64,000 bases of DNA from an uncultured Candidatus Poseidoniales archaeon. Lineage in GTDB: Archaea; Thermoplasmatota; Poseidoniia; Poseidoniales; Thalassarchaeaceae. Every line of letters begins with the position of its first letter. The stretch's first letter is position 1. The notes beneath the pieces were generated by a model that saw only the letters and a program-made list of their open reading frames with translations, made no database searches and had not been told where the DNA came from. Below, piece after piece: positions 7,856-18,234 of this stretch. A program made the translations under genes and the position numbers. The stretch covers positions 43,571 to 107,570 of the forward strand of contig CACKMK010000002.1 in the NCBI GenBank assembly GCA_902601345.1. Reading direction: 5' to 3'.

Positions 7856-10800
7856 ATGTCCAAGAACATCAGAGCCGAGGAAATAGATGTAAAGAGGCTC
7901 GAGATTGAGCGTTCGGATTATTACGAATCTCTGGATAAGGAAATAGAGGAAGCGTATACAATCGCAGCGGAGGCAAAAAAGAAGGGTCTGGACTTTTCTG
8001 AGTCAGTTGAGATACCTAGAGCGTCGGATTTGGCTAGTAGAACCGAGAAGCTCCTTGAAGACCCGTACCTCTATGTTGATCCGGATCAAAGGGCTAAGCA
8101 GCCGCTGAAAATTGAGGGATATCTGAGGGAGCTGCTGCAGAAGCACGACAGGGAAAGTGCTGCAATAATGATCGCGATTCACGTTACAAAGGAGATGCAT
8201 TCTGCGACCGGTGACAGAAGGAGAGCTATTGATTCTGGACTAAGAGTGGGGTTGGCGGTCCTCACTGAGGCTGTCCTGGTGGCCCCATTGGATGGTATAG
8301 GCGAAGTCAGAATAATGAGCAACTCGGATGGATCTGAGTTTCTTTCAATTGATTTCTGCGGCCCCATCAGGGCTGCAGGGGGTACTGCTCAGGCTCTAGG
8401 TGTACTAATTGGTGACATTCTAAGAAGGGAAATAGGAGTGGGCAGATACATCCCAACTGTTCCCGAAGTAGAGAGGGTGAAAGAGGAGTTCGGGCTTTAT
8501 CGTGCGAATCTCCAGTTTAAGCCAGAACCAGAAGAGACAGACCTGATTGTCAACGAGTGCCCGGTGATGATCAACGGCGAAGAGACCGAGAGAATGGAGT
8601 GTGCGGGTTACAAGGAAGTTAGGAACATAGTGAATGACAATGGTTCTTTCAGAACCAGAGTAAGGGGAGGGGTGATGCTAGTAATCGCAGAGGGTCTATG
8701 CCTCAAGGCTCCAAAGATCCGCAGTCACACTGAGAGATTGGGGGTTCCGGGGTGGGATTTCATTTCCAAATTCGCTGATAAGAAGAAGGATGGAAAGTCG
8801 GAAACTACCGAATTGAAGAGTAGGGTTCTGGAAAAAGAAGGACGATACATGGAAGATGTGATTGCGGGCAGACCCGTTTTCGGAGAGCCGCGAGAACCCG
8901 GGGGCTTTAGGCTAAGATATGGTAGGAGTAGAGCTACAGGACTTGCAGCGGCTGGTCTGAATCCGATTACGATGGAAGCATTAGGAGGATTCCTATCAGT
9001 AGGGACTCAGATGAAGATCGAGGGGCCCGGGAAGGCCTGTGCAGTTACACCATGTGTGGACATTGATGGTCCAACCGTTCTACTGAGAAACGGGGAATTC
9101 GTTAGAGTAGGGAGTCAGGAGGAGTGGAAGAGGTGCGAGGGTGAATTGCTCTCGATATGGGATGCTGGGGAAATTCTACTTGGCTATGGGGAGTTTCTGG
9201 AGAATAACAAATCTCTTTCTCCATCCTCCTATTCTGTAGATTGGTGGTCGGTTGATCTTGCAGATTCTCTTGACTCGCATGAGAAAATAGAGTCTTTCGC
9301 TGAGATAATCGGAGTAAAAGTAGGGAAATTACCACCTGGAATGCCATTCAATGGAGCAATTAGCCGTGGAGGTGAATCTAGATTAGAGAGGTCTTTGAGG
9401 AAGAGGAGTTGGATTTCCTATCTCAAAAGTTTAGAGCTATCTTGGGATATGGTCAAAGAGATATGTGAGAGCTTTGGAACCGCTGTCCCCCCTCCATGGA
9501 ACCTCTGGTGGTCAGATTTGCCAATCCAGTTCCTACCTCCTTTAGCTAATGAAATTGAGTCTTATGGAAAAATCGAGGGTTCTTCCCTTAGGATAGGGAA
9601 GTCGGTGGAGGGATGGCCATACTCCTTCGATAAGGATTCAATTGGACTCGCAAATCCGATTCTTGGTGAGTGGCCACGTTGGACAGAAGTTTACCGCCAT
9701 GGATTAGTTAAGTCATCATTGATGACTCTAGGGCTTGTTCATCATCATGAGGGTTCTGATATCGTAATTCCTCTACATTGGGAGGGTCTGCTAGATGGTT
9801 TGGGTCTTGGAGAAGCAGACGGGAGAATCATAGTCAGGAGGGAGGTTGATTCACTGGTCTCGCAGACAGTAGGAAAGATTTCAGAAGTATTGAATTCCAA
9901 AAAAAAGGAAGACAGGGAGAAGAGAGCTGTTGACGACTATCTGGTTGAGAGGTCTCTTAGTTTGGTTCGAAAGGTCTCAGAGCTTCCTAGATGGGAAGAC
10001 TCGGTCCCCTGTAGAATCGGGGCTAGAATGGGTAGACCCGAGAAGTCCGGTGTTAGGGAAATGAGTCCGATGGTTCACTCGCTCTTCCCGATCGGAGAGA
10101 ATGGTGGACCTCAGAGGTTGGTTTCAGAAGCGTCCTCGAGAGGGGCTATCAGAGTAACAGTTGGTCCGAGGATCTGTCAAAAGTGCGGTAAGGAGACACC
10201 TCACGTAACTTGTCATCACCGACCGGACCCCAAGGAACCCATAGAGTGCGGAGGCAGGACCTTGGAAGGACCTTCAAGAAATAGGAGAGGTAGAAGGAAG
10301 GGAGAAATCACCGCAGTGAACCTAGGATCAATTCTGGAAGTAAAGCGGAGGAGGCTTGGTTTGGACAGGATTCCTAGCAAAATCAAGGCAGTGAAGGGAT
10401 TGGTCTCAAAGGATCAGGCTCCCGAGCAAATCGAGAAAGGGATACTGAGAGGATTACATGGTTTGTCTGTTTTCAGAGACGGAACAGCTAGATTCGACAT
10501 GAGTGACGTCCCAGTTACTCACTTCAGGCCATCAGAGATTGGTACGTCGTGGAAGAGGCTTGTTGAATTGGGATATACCCACGATCACGTTGGCGAGCCC
10601 CTGAAGAACGACGAACAACTACTGGAGTTGCTCCCCCAGGACTTCATTCCTTCCAGGTTAGCCTCCAATCATCTTCTTTCAACGTGCTCTTTCGTGGATG
10701 ATCTTTTGGTTAGATTCTACGAAATGCCACCATTCTACATAGCCAAGAACCCAGAAGACATTGTTGGGCATATCGCGATTGGGCTTGCGCCCCATACCTC

Positions 10801-11689
10801 AGGAGGTGTAGCGTGCCGAATAATCGGGTGGACCGATGCGTCTGCAGGCTACGCCCACCCGCTATTTCATGCTGCGAAGAGGCGTAACTGCGATGGGGAC
10901 GAGGATAGCATAATGATGCTGATGGATGGTCTACTGAATTTTACACAGACCATCCTGCCTGCGAACAGGGGAGGTAGAATGGATGCCCCCCTAGTTCTGA
11001 CGACTCGTCTTAATCCCAGCGAAATCGACAAGGAGGCTTTGAACGTGGATTGCGCCTGGTTTTACAGCAGAGATTTCTTTGAGTCTACTCTAGACCAGCC
11101 ACATCCAAAGGATATCAGGGACCTGATGGACATTGTAGAGGACCGTCTCGGGATGATTGGTGAAATTAGAGGCTACGGATGGACTCACGATTCTGGACCA
11201 TTGGACGCTGGTCCGGAGAATTCCTCATACAAGACGCTAGTCACGATGAAGGACAAGTTAGACAGACAACTGAGTCTAGGCAAGACTCTACGCCCAGTTG
11301 CTGCAGATAGAGTTGCCAAACAGGTAATCGAATCGCACTTCCTACCAGACATGAGGGGCAATCTGATGGCATACACTAGGCAGAAAATAAGATGTGTGAA
11401 GTGCGGCGAGTCATACCGGAGGATGCCGCTAGCGGGAAAGTGTATCAAGAATAAGCCGGCATCTGGTGGATTCTCAGGTGGAGAATTAGATTCGGGTTGC
11501 GGAGGGAACGTTGTACTGACTGTCTCTGAGGGCGCTGTTAGGAAGTACATCCAGATAACGGAGGACATCATGAATGAATTCGGAATAGATGACTACACAA
11601 AGCACAGGGTTGGGTGGATGTCTTCAAGCGTGGACTCGTTGTTCAATAATGACAAGGTTACCGTGATGACCCTTGAGGACTTCATCTAA
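7856..11689 (+). CDS. polC: DNA polymerase II (PolD) large subunit DP2
   Basis: Conserved archaeal DP2 blocks are present: GARMGRPEKS, HAAKRRNCDGDEDS, Zn-finger Cys clusters (CQKCG...C and CVKCG). The start is placed at MSKNIRAEE (ATG 7856 after GAGGGGAAGG). The ORF track starts at 7757. Confidence 0.95.
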   Translation: MSKNIRAEEIDVKRLEIERSDYYESLDKEIEEAYTIAAEAKKKGLDFSESVEIPRASDLASRTEKLLEDPYLYVDPDQRAKQPLKIEGYLRELLQKHDRESAAIMIAIHVTKEMHSATGDRRRAIDSGLRVGLAVLTEAVLVAPLDGIGEVRIMSNSDGSEFLSIDFCGPIRAAGGTAQALGVLIGDILRREIGVGRYIPTVPEVERVKEEFGLYRANLQFKPEPEETDLIVNECPVMINGEETERMECAGYKEVRNIVNDNGSFRTRVRGGVMLVIAEGLCLKAPKIRSHTERLGVPGWDFISKFADKKKDGKSETTELKSRVLEKEGRYMEDVIAGRPVFGEPREPGGFRLRYGRSRATGLAAAGLNPITMEALGGFLSVGTQMKIEGPGKACAVTPCVDIDGPTVLLRNGEFVRVGSQEEWKRCEGELLSIWDAGEILLGYGEFLENNKSLSPSSYSVDWWSVDLADSLDSHEKIESFAEIIGVKVGKLPPGMPFNGAISRGGESRLERSLRKRSWISYLKSLELSWDMVKEICESFGTAVPPPWNLWWSDLPIQFLPPLANEIESYGKIEGSSLRIGKSVEGWPYSFDKDSIGLANPILGEWPRWTEVYRHGLVKSSLMTLGLVHHHEGSDIVIPLHWEGLLDGLGLGEADGRIIVRREVDSLVSQTVGKISEVLNSKKKEDREKRAVDDYLVERSLSLVRKVSELPRWEDSVPCRIGARMGRPEKSGVREMSPMVHSLFPIGENGGPQRLVSEASSRGAIRVTVGPRICQKCGKETPHVTCHHRPDPKEPIECGGRTLEGPSRNRRGRRKGEITAVNLGSILEVKRRRLGLDRIPSKIKAVKGLVSKDQAPEQIEKGILRGLHGLSVFRDGTARFDMSDVPVTHFRPSEIGTSWKRLVELGYTHDHVGEPLKNDEQLLELLPQDFIPSRLASNHLLSTCSFVDDLLVRFYEMPPFYIAKNPEDIVGHIAIGLAPHTSGGVACRIIGWTDASAGYAHPLFHAAKRRNCDGDEDSIMMLMDGLLNFTQTILPANRGGRMDAPLVLTTRLNPSEIDKEALNVDCAWFYSRDFFESTLDQPHPKDIRDLMDIVEDRLGMIGEIRGYGWTHDSGPLDAGPENSSYKTLVTMKDKLDRQLSLGKTLRPVAADRVAKQVIESHFLPDMRGNLMAYTRQKIRCVKCGESYRRMPLAGKCIKNKPASGGFSGGELDSGCGGNVVLTVSEGAVRKYIQITEDIMNEFGIDDYTKHRVGWMSSSVDSLFNNDKVTVMTLEDFI

Positions 11690-12686
11690 TCAGGTATGAC
11701 AGAGGGTCTCCAAGAAGGAGCATTGGTAGTATTGCCAAGAAGAGGTAGACTAGAAATGGATGCTTGGTTGTTATCCAGACACTGTCCAAGCCCAATTCCT
11801 CGAGAAGCTCGAACTGCTTGTCCTTGTCATGGGCATTTGATAATCTCCTAGAGGGAAGTATCCGATCTACTGGACTCATCTCTCCGTTTTTCTCAATGAC
11901 CTCAGTCAGAATCCAAGATTGGTATGATTCAGAATCTGGGGCTTCCTTGAGATCTGAGATTCTTCTCTTCGTGGCGTGCCACGCCATCTTAAGATCTGAT
12001 AGTGAAGAAATATTGCCCCTCGCGGTGTTTTGAACGAAGATTATTGGTGGTGCAATCAGAAATGCAGCAGCGGCCCATATGAAGAGTACCATTGACGGGG
12101 GCATTCGGAATAGTGGGTCTTCCACCAGAGGGTACATCTGATCTGGCACGAATGCCCACGAGGGAAACACCAGAGTTACGAGAATCAGCGCCTTTACATC
12201 CGCTCCTCCTTGAATTAGCCCTATCCTCCATGAGCCATAGAAAATCGCAGAGGTCAGGAAAGCACCGTTCATACTCCACCAGAGAGTCGTTTCCTTTGAT
12301 TCATCGCCCAGAACCAAATCAACGAAATTTGTATCCGAGTAGACGTTCGCTCCGTACACGAATCCAACTAAACCCAGCGCATACACCACCGATAGGAGAG
12401 CCTGGTTTTGATTCCAATCCCTGAAATCTCGTGGATCCGGTGGGCCAGAGAAGCAGAAAGAATAGACTGCGACCAACGAGAATACCATGCATAGGTTGGC
12501 AATACCCATGTTCTCGGATACTATCTCCACCAAGAGGATGAGTACAACCGGGACAGACCATCTGACCCAGTGACTGTTCCTGACTGATAGTGTCTCCAAG
12601 TCTGAGCGTGCTGCAATGGCCATCATGATAGTTAGGGCCGAGATTCTCAGAGTGGACAGTAGGGGGTCGGCCACGATTGTTGACAA
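11682..12686 (-). CDS. archaeal prepilin/pre-archaellin signal peptidase (A24 family, FlaK/PibD-like)
   Basis: Polytopic membrane protein carrying the two aspartyl motifs (ARSDLETLSVRN and GGADVKALILV). It is the last gene in the archaellum cluster. Confidence 0.75.
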   Translation of the reverse strand: MSTIVADPLLSTLRISALTIMMAIAARSDLETLSVRNSHWVRWSVPVVLILLVEIVSENMGIANLCMVFSLVAVYSFCFSGPPDPRDFRDWNQNQALLSVVYALGLVGFVYGANVYSDTNFVDLVLGDESKETTLWWSMNGAFLTSAIFYGSWRIGLIQGGADVKALILVTLVFPSWAFVPDQMYPLVEDPLFRMPPSMVLFIWAAAAFLIAPPIIFVQNTARGNISSLSDLKMAWHATKRRISDLKEAPDSESYQSWILTEVIEKNGEMSPVDRILPSRRLSNAHDKDKQFELLEELGLDSVWITTKHPFLVYLFLAILPMLLLGDPLSYLIR

Positions 12687-12719
12687 ATGGCGAATGGCAT
12701 CAAGTCTTCTGCGCTATCG

Positions 12720-14522
12720 CTATGCTCCTGTCTGGAAAAGGCCCACTGACTGGTCCAGGATCCATGCGCTGAAGAAGTTCGCAAGACCTGCCACCCACAT
12801 CATCTGAATCATCTGTCCGAGGACCAGTGTGGTCCCGCCCCCTCTGATCCTAGCGGTTATGAGACCGAGAATGACAATTGAGATGACGATTAGGAAAGAT
12901 CCCATGTATTGGAAGACCCGGATATTCTGTTCAATCCCTCCTGTCTCTGCCAAAGCCGGTAACGCAACGTCTACGCCTCCGGCCGCGGTACCGACCTCAC
13001 CCGCTCCATCGACTAGTCCCTGAGCCACCGAAGCTATCGTCTCACCTAGACCGGCAATAATCGATGTAGTGATGTTGAGAGCGATAATCATCGCAATTAG
13101 GAGACCGTAGGAGACGCTCCTCATCACGTTGGCTGAAATCTGTCTCCTCTGCCTGAGCCCTAACAAACTAGTCGTACTCTGAGAGACCATGTCTCCAACC
13201 AGACCAGCCTCACCGGTGGAAGATGATCCCTCGATGAAAACCCTCGTGAACCTGGATACGAGCATTGAATTGTTGTCGGCTGCAAACCAATCCCATGAGT
13301 AGTCGCTGTCTATCCTCATGGACAGCCTCTTCTCAAGATTGGAGATTGAGTCGTCTAGGGCTCCGAAATCGATACCTGACAGCGCCTTTACCATGGCGCT
13401 GGGTTCCTGGGCCCTGGCTTGTGCAGTTCCTCCGAAGGCTCGAATGAACTCTGGGAAAGCGTCGTCCCTCCTTCTCACTCTTGTCTCCTCCTGAAGGGTT
13501 AGTAGGGCTGGTGCGAGCAGTGGCGACATCATAGCAGCAATCACCAGAAGTCCGAAGTAGTTCCACTGTTCGAACAGGATATCCGTCCCGTAGACAATGA
13601 AGACTGTGGAAATGAGTAATACCATTATCGTACCGAGTATGCCCGCAAAAATCCACGATCTACGCATGTCAATCGCCTGTTCTGTGTTGAATCCGTGTTT
13701 GGCGAAGAGGTCCTCGTCCGGAATAACCAGAGTGAATAGGTACCATGCTCCAATCTGTAGCAACGCGAAGAGTGTCCCCGTGAGGAGAACCCACCTCGCT
13801 CTTATTATCACCTCGAACGGATTCGATGTCTCCGCTCCCGTCTGGAAGAGTATGAGATGAAGGCCGGAAACCACTAGGAGAAGAAGCCCTGTTGTAGTCA
13901 GGGACACGAAGGTCTCCCTCAGAGTATCCAACTGCTCAAGCCTAGCATCGTAGATGGTGGTATAGGCCTGCTCGAAGGTCTCGTTCTCACTGGAGAAGAA
14001 CTCCCCGATTGGTTGCCCCACTTCCACGGAGAAGGCCATCCTGTCTAGGAAGTCGCTCCATATAGCCGACGGGCTCTGTCTTCCGACTATTCTTGCTGCC
14101 TCGGGTAGGTTAGTATGCCATTTGGTGACTAGGGTCTCTATCGCTTGGATCTCGTGAGCCAGTGCTCCGTAGTCACCCATCTCCTTCAGTACGTCGAACA
14201 TCCCCTTCTCGGCCGACTCTCCCATGGAAAGAATCCCCATCCTCGTCATGAACATGTGCATATCTTGCTCTATCTGGATTGCCTCTGCTGAAACCTGTGC
14301 CACCGGATAAGCAAGAGTGCCGGCAAAGGCCAGTGCCGGGAATAAGAGAATCATGAGTACTGCGGAAGGTCCCGTAATGACATCGCTCACGGTATACCAG
14401 ACTGCAATACCGGCGACTAGCCCCACTAAGGACACTGGCAGTGCGAAGAAAAGGAGGTAGTTCCTGAATGGCATTCCCAGACGGAGGAGTGCGATCTCCC
14501 ATGTGCTGGCCTTGTCCTCCAT
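12720..14522 (-). CDS. arlJ: archaellum assembly membrane platform protein ArlJ (FlaJ)
   Basis: 600-aa polytopic membrane protein immediately downstream of ArlI, with the size and position typical of FlaJ/TadC-like proteins. Confidence 0.85.
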   Translation of the reverse strand: MEDKASTWEIALLRLGMPFRNYLLFFALPVSLVGLVAGIAVWYTVSDVITGPSAVLMILLFPALAFAGTLAYPVAQVSAEAIQIEQDMHMFMTRMGILSMGESAEKGMFDVLKEMGDYGALAHEIQAIETLVTKWHTNLPEAARIVGRQSPSAIWSDFLDRMAFSVEVGQPIGEFFSSENETFEQAYTTIYDARLEQLDTLRETFVSLTTTGLLLLVVSGLHLILFQTGAETSNPFEVIIRARWVLLTGTLFALLQIGAWYLFTLVIPDEDLFAKHGFNTEQAIDMRRSWIFAGILGTIMVLLISTVFIVYGTDILFEQWNYFGLLVIAAMMSPLLAPALLTLQEETRVRRRDDAFPEFIRAFGGTAQARAQEPSAMVKALSGIDFGALDDSISNLEKRLSMRIDSDYSWDWFAADNNSMLVSRFTRVFIEGSSSTGEAGLVGDMVSQSTTSLLGLRQRRQISANVMRSVSYGLLIAMIIALNITTSIIAGLGETIASVAQGLVDGAGEVGTAAGGVDVALPALAETGGIEQNIRVFQYMGSFLIVISIVILGLITARIRGGGTTLVLGQMIQMMWVAGLANFFSAWILDQSVGLFQTGA

Positions 14523-14534
14523 ATGGAATCATTC

Positions 14535-16283
14535 CTAGTGATTGATTCCCGTCCAGGTCTCCAGTGCGGATGCAAACCTGTCCCAACCCTCTTTGTAGTA
14601 CACGTCTAATAAATCAAAAACGTCATCGTAGTGAGTTAGGTCTCTGTCGCACATCCTCTGGATGGCCTCTGTCCTTCTCTGCAACTCATCGTAGATGTCT
14701 CGCTTGCTCCGGAATCCCATCCTAGGGGCGATCTTGTTCTCCAGCATATCGGACTGGAACATCCCTCTGAAGTAGACCTCATCCGCCACTGGATCCCATT
14801 CGAACATATTTCTGGTGAGGATACCGTCAGCGGTCTTGTCGAATCCAATCACCTCGCTGACGCCGGTTATCCTCCTGGCTATACCCCCTCCTGGGGCTTC
14901 GACCACTTCCTGGAAGATTGCGAAGTTCAGGTTGTCGAAGAATCGGGCTGGGACGTTAATCGGGTCTCCTGTGAATCTCTGGATAAGCTTGACGATGTTA
15001 GAGGCGTGGAAGGTACCGACCACGGGGTGCCCTGTCTGCATAGCTTGGAAGGCGATTGCTCCCTCTACCCCCCTGATCTCCCCTATTATGATGTATCGGG
15101 GCCTGGATCTTAGTGCTGCCTTGAGCAGATCGAACATCTCCACTCTGGAGTCCTCATTCTTTGAGTCCCTGGTGATTAGCCTCTGCCATATTGTGTGAGC
15201 CACCTTGACCTCAGGAGTGTCCTCTGCTGTGTATATCTTGACATTGTGATCTATGAATGGGAGTACCGCGTTCAGCGTGGTGGTCTTTCCTGAGGCCGTC
15301 TCCCCCGAGACCAGCATGGACATCCCGGACTCCAGACCAAGCCAGATATATGCGGCCATCTGGGCGGATAGTGTCTTCCACTTGATCAACTGGATGATGG
15401 ATATGGTCTCCTCAGCGAACTTCCTTATCGTGAATGAAGAACCCTGGATAGAGACATCGTCGCTGTAGATTATGTTGATTCTAGAACCATCCAGCAGGGC
15501 ACCGTCGACAATCGGCTTGCTGTCAGATACTGGCCTCCCTATCCTTTCTGACATTGACCTCAGGTACTTGGTGAGAAGCTCCTGATCCCTGAATGCGATG
15601 TTTGAGGTAAGCATCGGGAAGACCTTGTGATCCATATTTATCCGAGATAGCCCGATCGAGTGAATATCCTCCAGCATCTCGTCGGCTAGAAGTGTCTCTA
15701 GAGGGCCGTTGTTAACTAGGTCCCTGACCACCACGTACTTGAGCCGATCGAGTTGTTCTGGTGTGACCTTGATTGGGGCCTCGCCCATGCCTATCAGTTC
15801 CCTTGCTTGGTTCACAACTGGATTGGAGAGAAGTGACGATGAAGTGGTGGTGGTCATCTCATCCATCATTTCGTGAATCATTGCGATGAATTCCTCGTCA
15901 TTGTCGAATCGCTCCTTCTGGGGAGCGTCTCTGAGGAGCCTTTCCACGATACGGTCCCTGATTTCGTCCTCCTCGTCTGTGATAGTTGGCTCTAGCCCGA
16001 ACCAGAAGGTGTTCCCTGCTCCTTCGGCTCCCTCAGGAGGGGAGTAGACATGTGCGAAGCAAGGAGGCTTTGTGGCGTAAATCAGGTTACGGGGGCTGAC
16101 GCTCTTCGCATCCCTGTCCAGAGGGCCATAGTAAATCGGCCTGGACCCGTGTTCTGCCTCGAACTGCTCGACCCATTCGCGGATATGTGGGTACTCGGCC
16201 ATGAGGCCACCGAGGTCGCCAGGCTCGATATTGAACTCTGGCTGTTTTCGGTCATCTTCGCTGGACTCTTGCTCGGTAACCAT
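14535..16283 (-). CDS. arlI: archaellum motor ATPase ArlI (FlaI), type II/IV secretion ATPase family
   Basis: Walker A SGETASGKTTTLNA, Walker B/Asp box region and IIGEIRG, in canonical position between arlH and arlJ. Confidence 0.95.
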   Translation of the reverse strand: MVTEQESSEDDRKQPEFNIEPGDLGGLMAEYPHIREWVEQFEAEHGSRPIYYGPLDRDAKSVSPRNLIYATKPPCFAHVYSPPEGAEGAGNTFWFGLEPTITDEEDEIRDRIVERLLRDAPQKERFDNDEEFIAMIHEMMDEMTTTTSSSLLSNPVVNQARELIGMGEAPIKVTPEQLDRLKYVVVRDLVNNGPLETLLADEMLEDIHSIGLSRINMDHKVFPMLTSNIAFRDQELLTKYLRSMSERIGRPVSDSKPIVDGALLDGSRINIIYSDDVSIQGSSFTIRKFAEETISIIQLIKWKTLSAQMAAYIWLGLESGMSMLVSGETASGKTTTLNAVLPFIDHNVKIYTAEDTPEVKVAHTIWQRLITRDSKNEDSRVEMFDLLKAALRSRPRYIIIGEIRGVEGAIAFQAMQTGHPVVGTFHASNIVKLIQRFTGDPINVPARFFDNLNFAIFQEVVEAPGGGIARRITGVSEVIGFDKTADGILTRNMFEWDPVADEVYFRGMFQSDMLENKIAPRMGFRSKRDIYDELQRRTEAIQRMCDRDLTHYDDVFDLLDVYYKEGWDRFASALETWTGINH

Positions 16284-16293
16284 TCAATCAACC

Positions 16294-16992
16294 TCATGCT
16301 ACAGCTGTGATATCCACGATGAATCCCATCTCGGGCATAACCTTCCATCCGATTCTCTCAGTCACTGGTCCCGCGGCTCGAAGGAATCGAGTGACGCTGA
16401 CGGTCCTGACAAGCTGTCCACCAACGACTGCGGTCATCATATCCAGCACGACCTCAGCGGAGTTCTTCATGTCCCTGAGGGTGTGGCTGTCCATCTCTTC
16501 GGGATCAATCGTCAATATCAGGGTACGACCCTCTGAGGTGAACTTCCGGAGAACCCTCAAAAGCTCCTTGCTCGACATATCATCTGGCATCAGCTCTGAG
16601 GCCCTGTCAATGATTACCACGTCTGCCTCCTTCGAGGCCGGTGACTCAAGTAGATTCAGCAGGGTTACTGGCTCTTCGGATGGTTCGGCAATGACTCCGA
16701 AGCTGGAAATCAGGTGGAATGATCCCTCGTCGATCCTCTTGTCCATGTAGTATCCGATGCTGGAAACCTGCTCAAGCCAGCCCCTCGTGGTTAGCTCGGT
16801 GGTGTATAGTGAGACTTTGACGTCGTTCGCTGTCATTCCGAATGACATTCGCTGTCCAATGATGCTCTTTCCGGAGCCAATGCCTCCGCAAACGAGCATC
16901 AGTGCCCTATTCGGGATGGCAGTCCCCATGCTCTGCCCCAGGCTGTCCTGGATTACCCCGAACTCGAAATTGTCGACGTTAGCTTGTGACAA
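16294..16992 (-). CDS. arlH: archaellum RecA/KaiC-like ATP-binding protein ArlH (FlaH)
   Basis: Walker A CGGIGSGKS in a 232-aa protein located between arlG and arlI. Confidence 0.85.
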   Translation of the reverse strand: MSQANVDNFEFGVIQDSLGQSMGTAIPNRALMLVCGGIGSGKSIIGQRMSFGMTANDVKVSLYTTELTTRGWLEQVSSIGYYMDKRIDEGSFHLISSFGVIAEPSEEPVTLLNLLESPASKEADVVIIDRASELMPDDMSSKELLRVLRKFTSEGRTLILTIDPEEMDSHTLRDMKNSAEVVLDMMTAVVGGQLVRTVSVTRFLRAAGPVTERIGWKVMPEMGFIVDITAVA

Positions 16993-17458
16993 GTCTTACT
17001 TCCTCCGAAACTGTGTATGCCCCAGCGTAACCCGTTGCAGTCGATACAACCGTTATTGTCATTATTACATCATTGGTGCCGGTGTAGCTGAGGGTATCGC
17101 TGGTATCGTCGACTGTGAACTGGACGATCTGCCCTTGTACCCAAGTCGTAGAACCGTCTGCGACTGACACGGTCATTGGGGTCCCCTCGATGTAGACTCC
17201 TATGGTTTCTAGGTCCAATTGCGTCTCGCCGGAATTCTGAATGTACAGTGTTGCCCTCTTCTCTGTGTCATCCCAACCTACATTGCTTGGGTCATTGACT
17301 AGGGATGCTCTGGTACGGACGTCCTCAGCGCCCTCCTTGCCCCTATCCTCGATTGCAGAGTCCATGTCCCCCCATGTGTCCAGGAGTACGCCTGAAACTA
17401 GGCCTGCTACTATCAACCCGGCAATGAGGAGAATGATCTCTGAGGGTCCGTTAGCCAT
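16979..17458 (-). CDS. arlG: archaellum protein ArlG (FlaG)-like
   Basis: Archaellin-like hydrophobic N-terminus (SEIILLIAGLIVAGLVSGVL) followed by a beta-rich domain. Its operon position matches flaG. Confidence 0.6.
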   Translation of the reverse strand: MANGPSEIILLIAGLIVAGLVSGVLLDTWGDMDSAIEDRGKEGAEDVRTRASLVNDPSNVGWDDTEKRATLYIQNSGETQLDLETIGVYIEGTPMTVSVADGSTTWVQGQIVQFTVDDTSDTLSYTGTNDVIMTITVVSTATGYAGAYTVSEEVRLVTS

Positions 17459-17469
17459 CTATTCTCACC

Positions 17470-18234
17470 TCATGAAATTGTTACCGAAACCGCGTCGTTG
17501 TAGTCGTATATGGCTAGGAATGCCCTGTCTGGGTCTGCGTCTACAGAGAATCCATGGCTTGCCAAGGATAAAGGGAATGGCTCTGTGGATATCTCCTCAC
17601 CGGGGAAGAGGTACAGGTTTCCCCCGGTATAGTGGTCTGTGAACTGGAATGGTATGCCCTGTTGAATAGGGGAGGTGTCCGAGAGCGTAATCACCACGTG
17701 AGACAATTCAACCGTCTCTGAGCCTGTGTTGCTGATGGATATGGTATTCTGGTCCTCGATCGCTGTGATTGTGTAGGTGGCTGTTCCATCGGAGCCATCG
17801 GAGCCGCAGTCTATCGTCACGACCTCGGCAACGGCGTATCCGTTTCCTGGTACAAGGGTGGCACCGTTGTATCCATCAACCTCACCATCGCCATTAGCAT
17901 CGAGGATTTCGATAGTTGCCCCAGCGCCTGAGGAGCTGCTGACTAGGTCGCATGTTGTCCCTGAGATGTAGTCGCTGCCCCCGGAGTTTACTCCACCCGT
18001 CCAAGAAAGGGTGGAGACTGGCCCCGTTGACTCCTGCTTGTCAGTGACGCTCACTATCACGACCTCAGGGTCGGGTAGCTCGTAATCCGTGTTCTTGATC
18101 GACTCGTTGACGCTGTCGACCAGTGTGACGGTGGCCATTCCGAAGATCATTATGAAGACGGTGCCGACGACCATCGCAGCTACGCTAGAACCAGCCAATA
18201 CCCATCCCCCTATGGAGTCCCCTGGGCCCTCCAA
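17470..18234 (-). CDS. arlF: archaellum protein ArlF (FlaF)-like, enlarged (254 aa)
   Basis: N-terminal TM (VLAGSSVAAMVVGTVFIMIFGMATV) plus a beta-rich domain, in the operon position of flaF. It contains a DANGDGEVDG motif. Confidence 0.55.
   Translation of the reverse strand: MEGPGDSIGGWVLAGSSVAAMVVGTVFIMIFGMATVTLVDSVNESIKNTDYELPDPEVVIVSVTDKQESTGPVSTLSWTGGVNSGGSDYISGTTCDLVSSSSGAGATIEILDANGDGEVDGYNGATLVPGNGYAVAEVVTIDCGSDGSDGTATYTITAIEDQNTISISNTGSETVELSHVVITLSDTSPIQQGIPFQFTDHYTGGNLYLFPGEEISTEPFPLSLASHGFSVDADPDRAFLAIYDYNDAVSVTIS

Noticed and set aside
7856-11689. Possible intein in the 1310-aa PolD large subunit
   Set aside because: The length is within the normal DP2 range, and the conserved blocks (GRPEKS, CDGDEDS, Zn fingers) are contiguous with no inserted Cys/Ser...HN splice-junction module that I can see.
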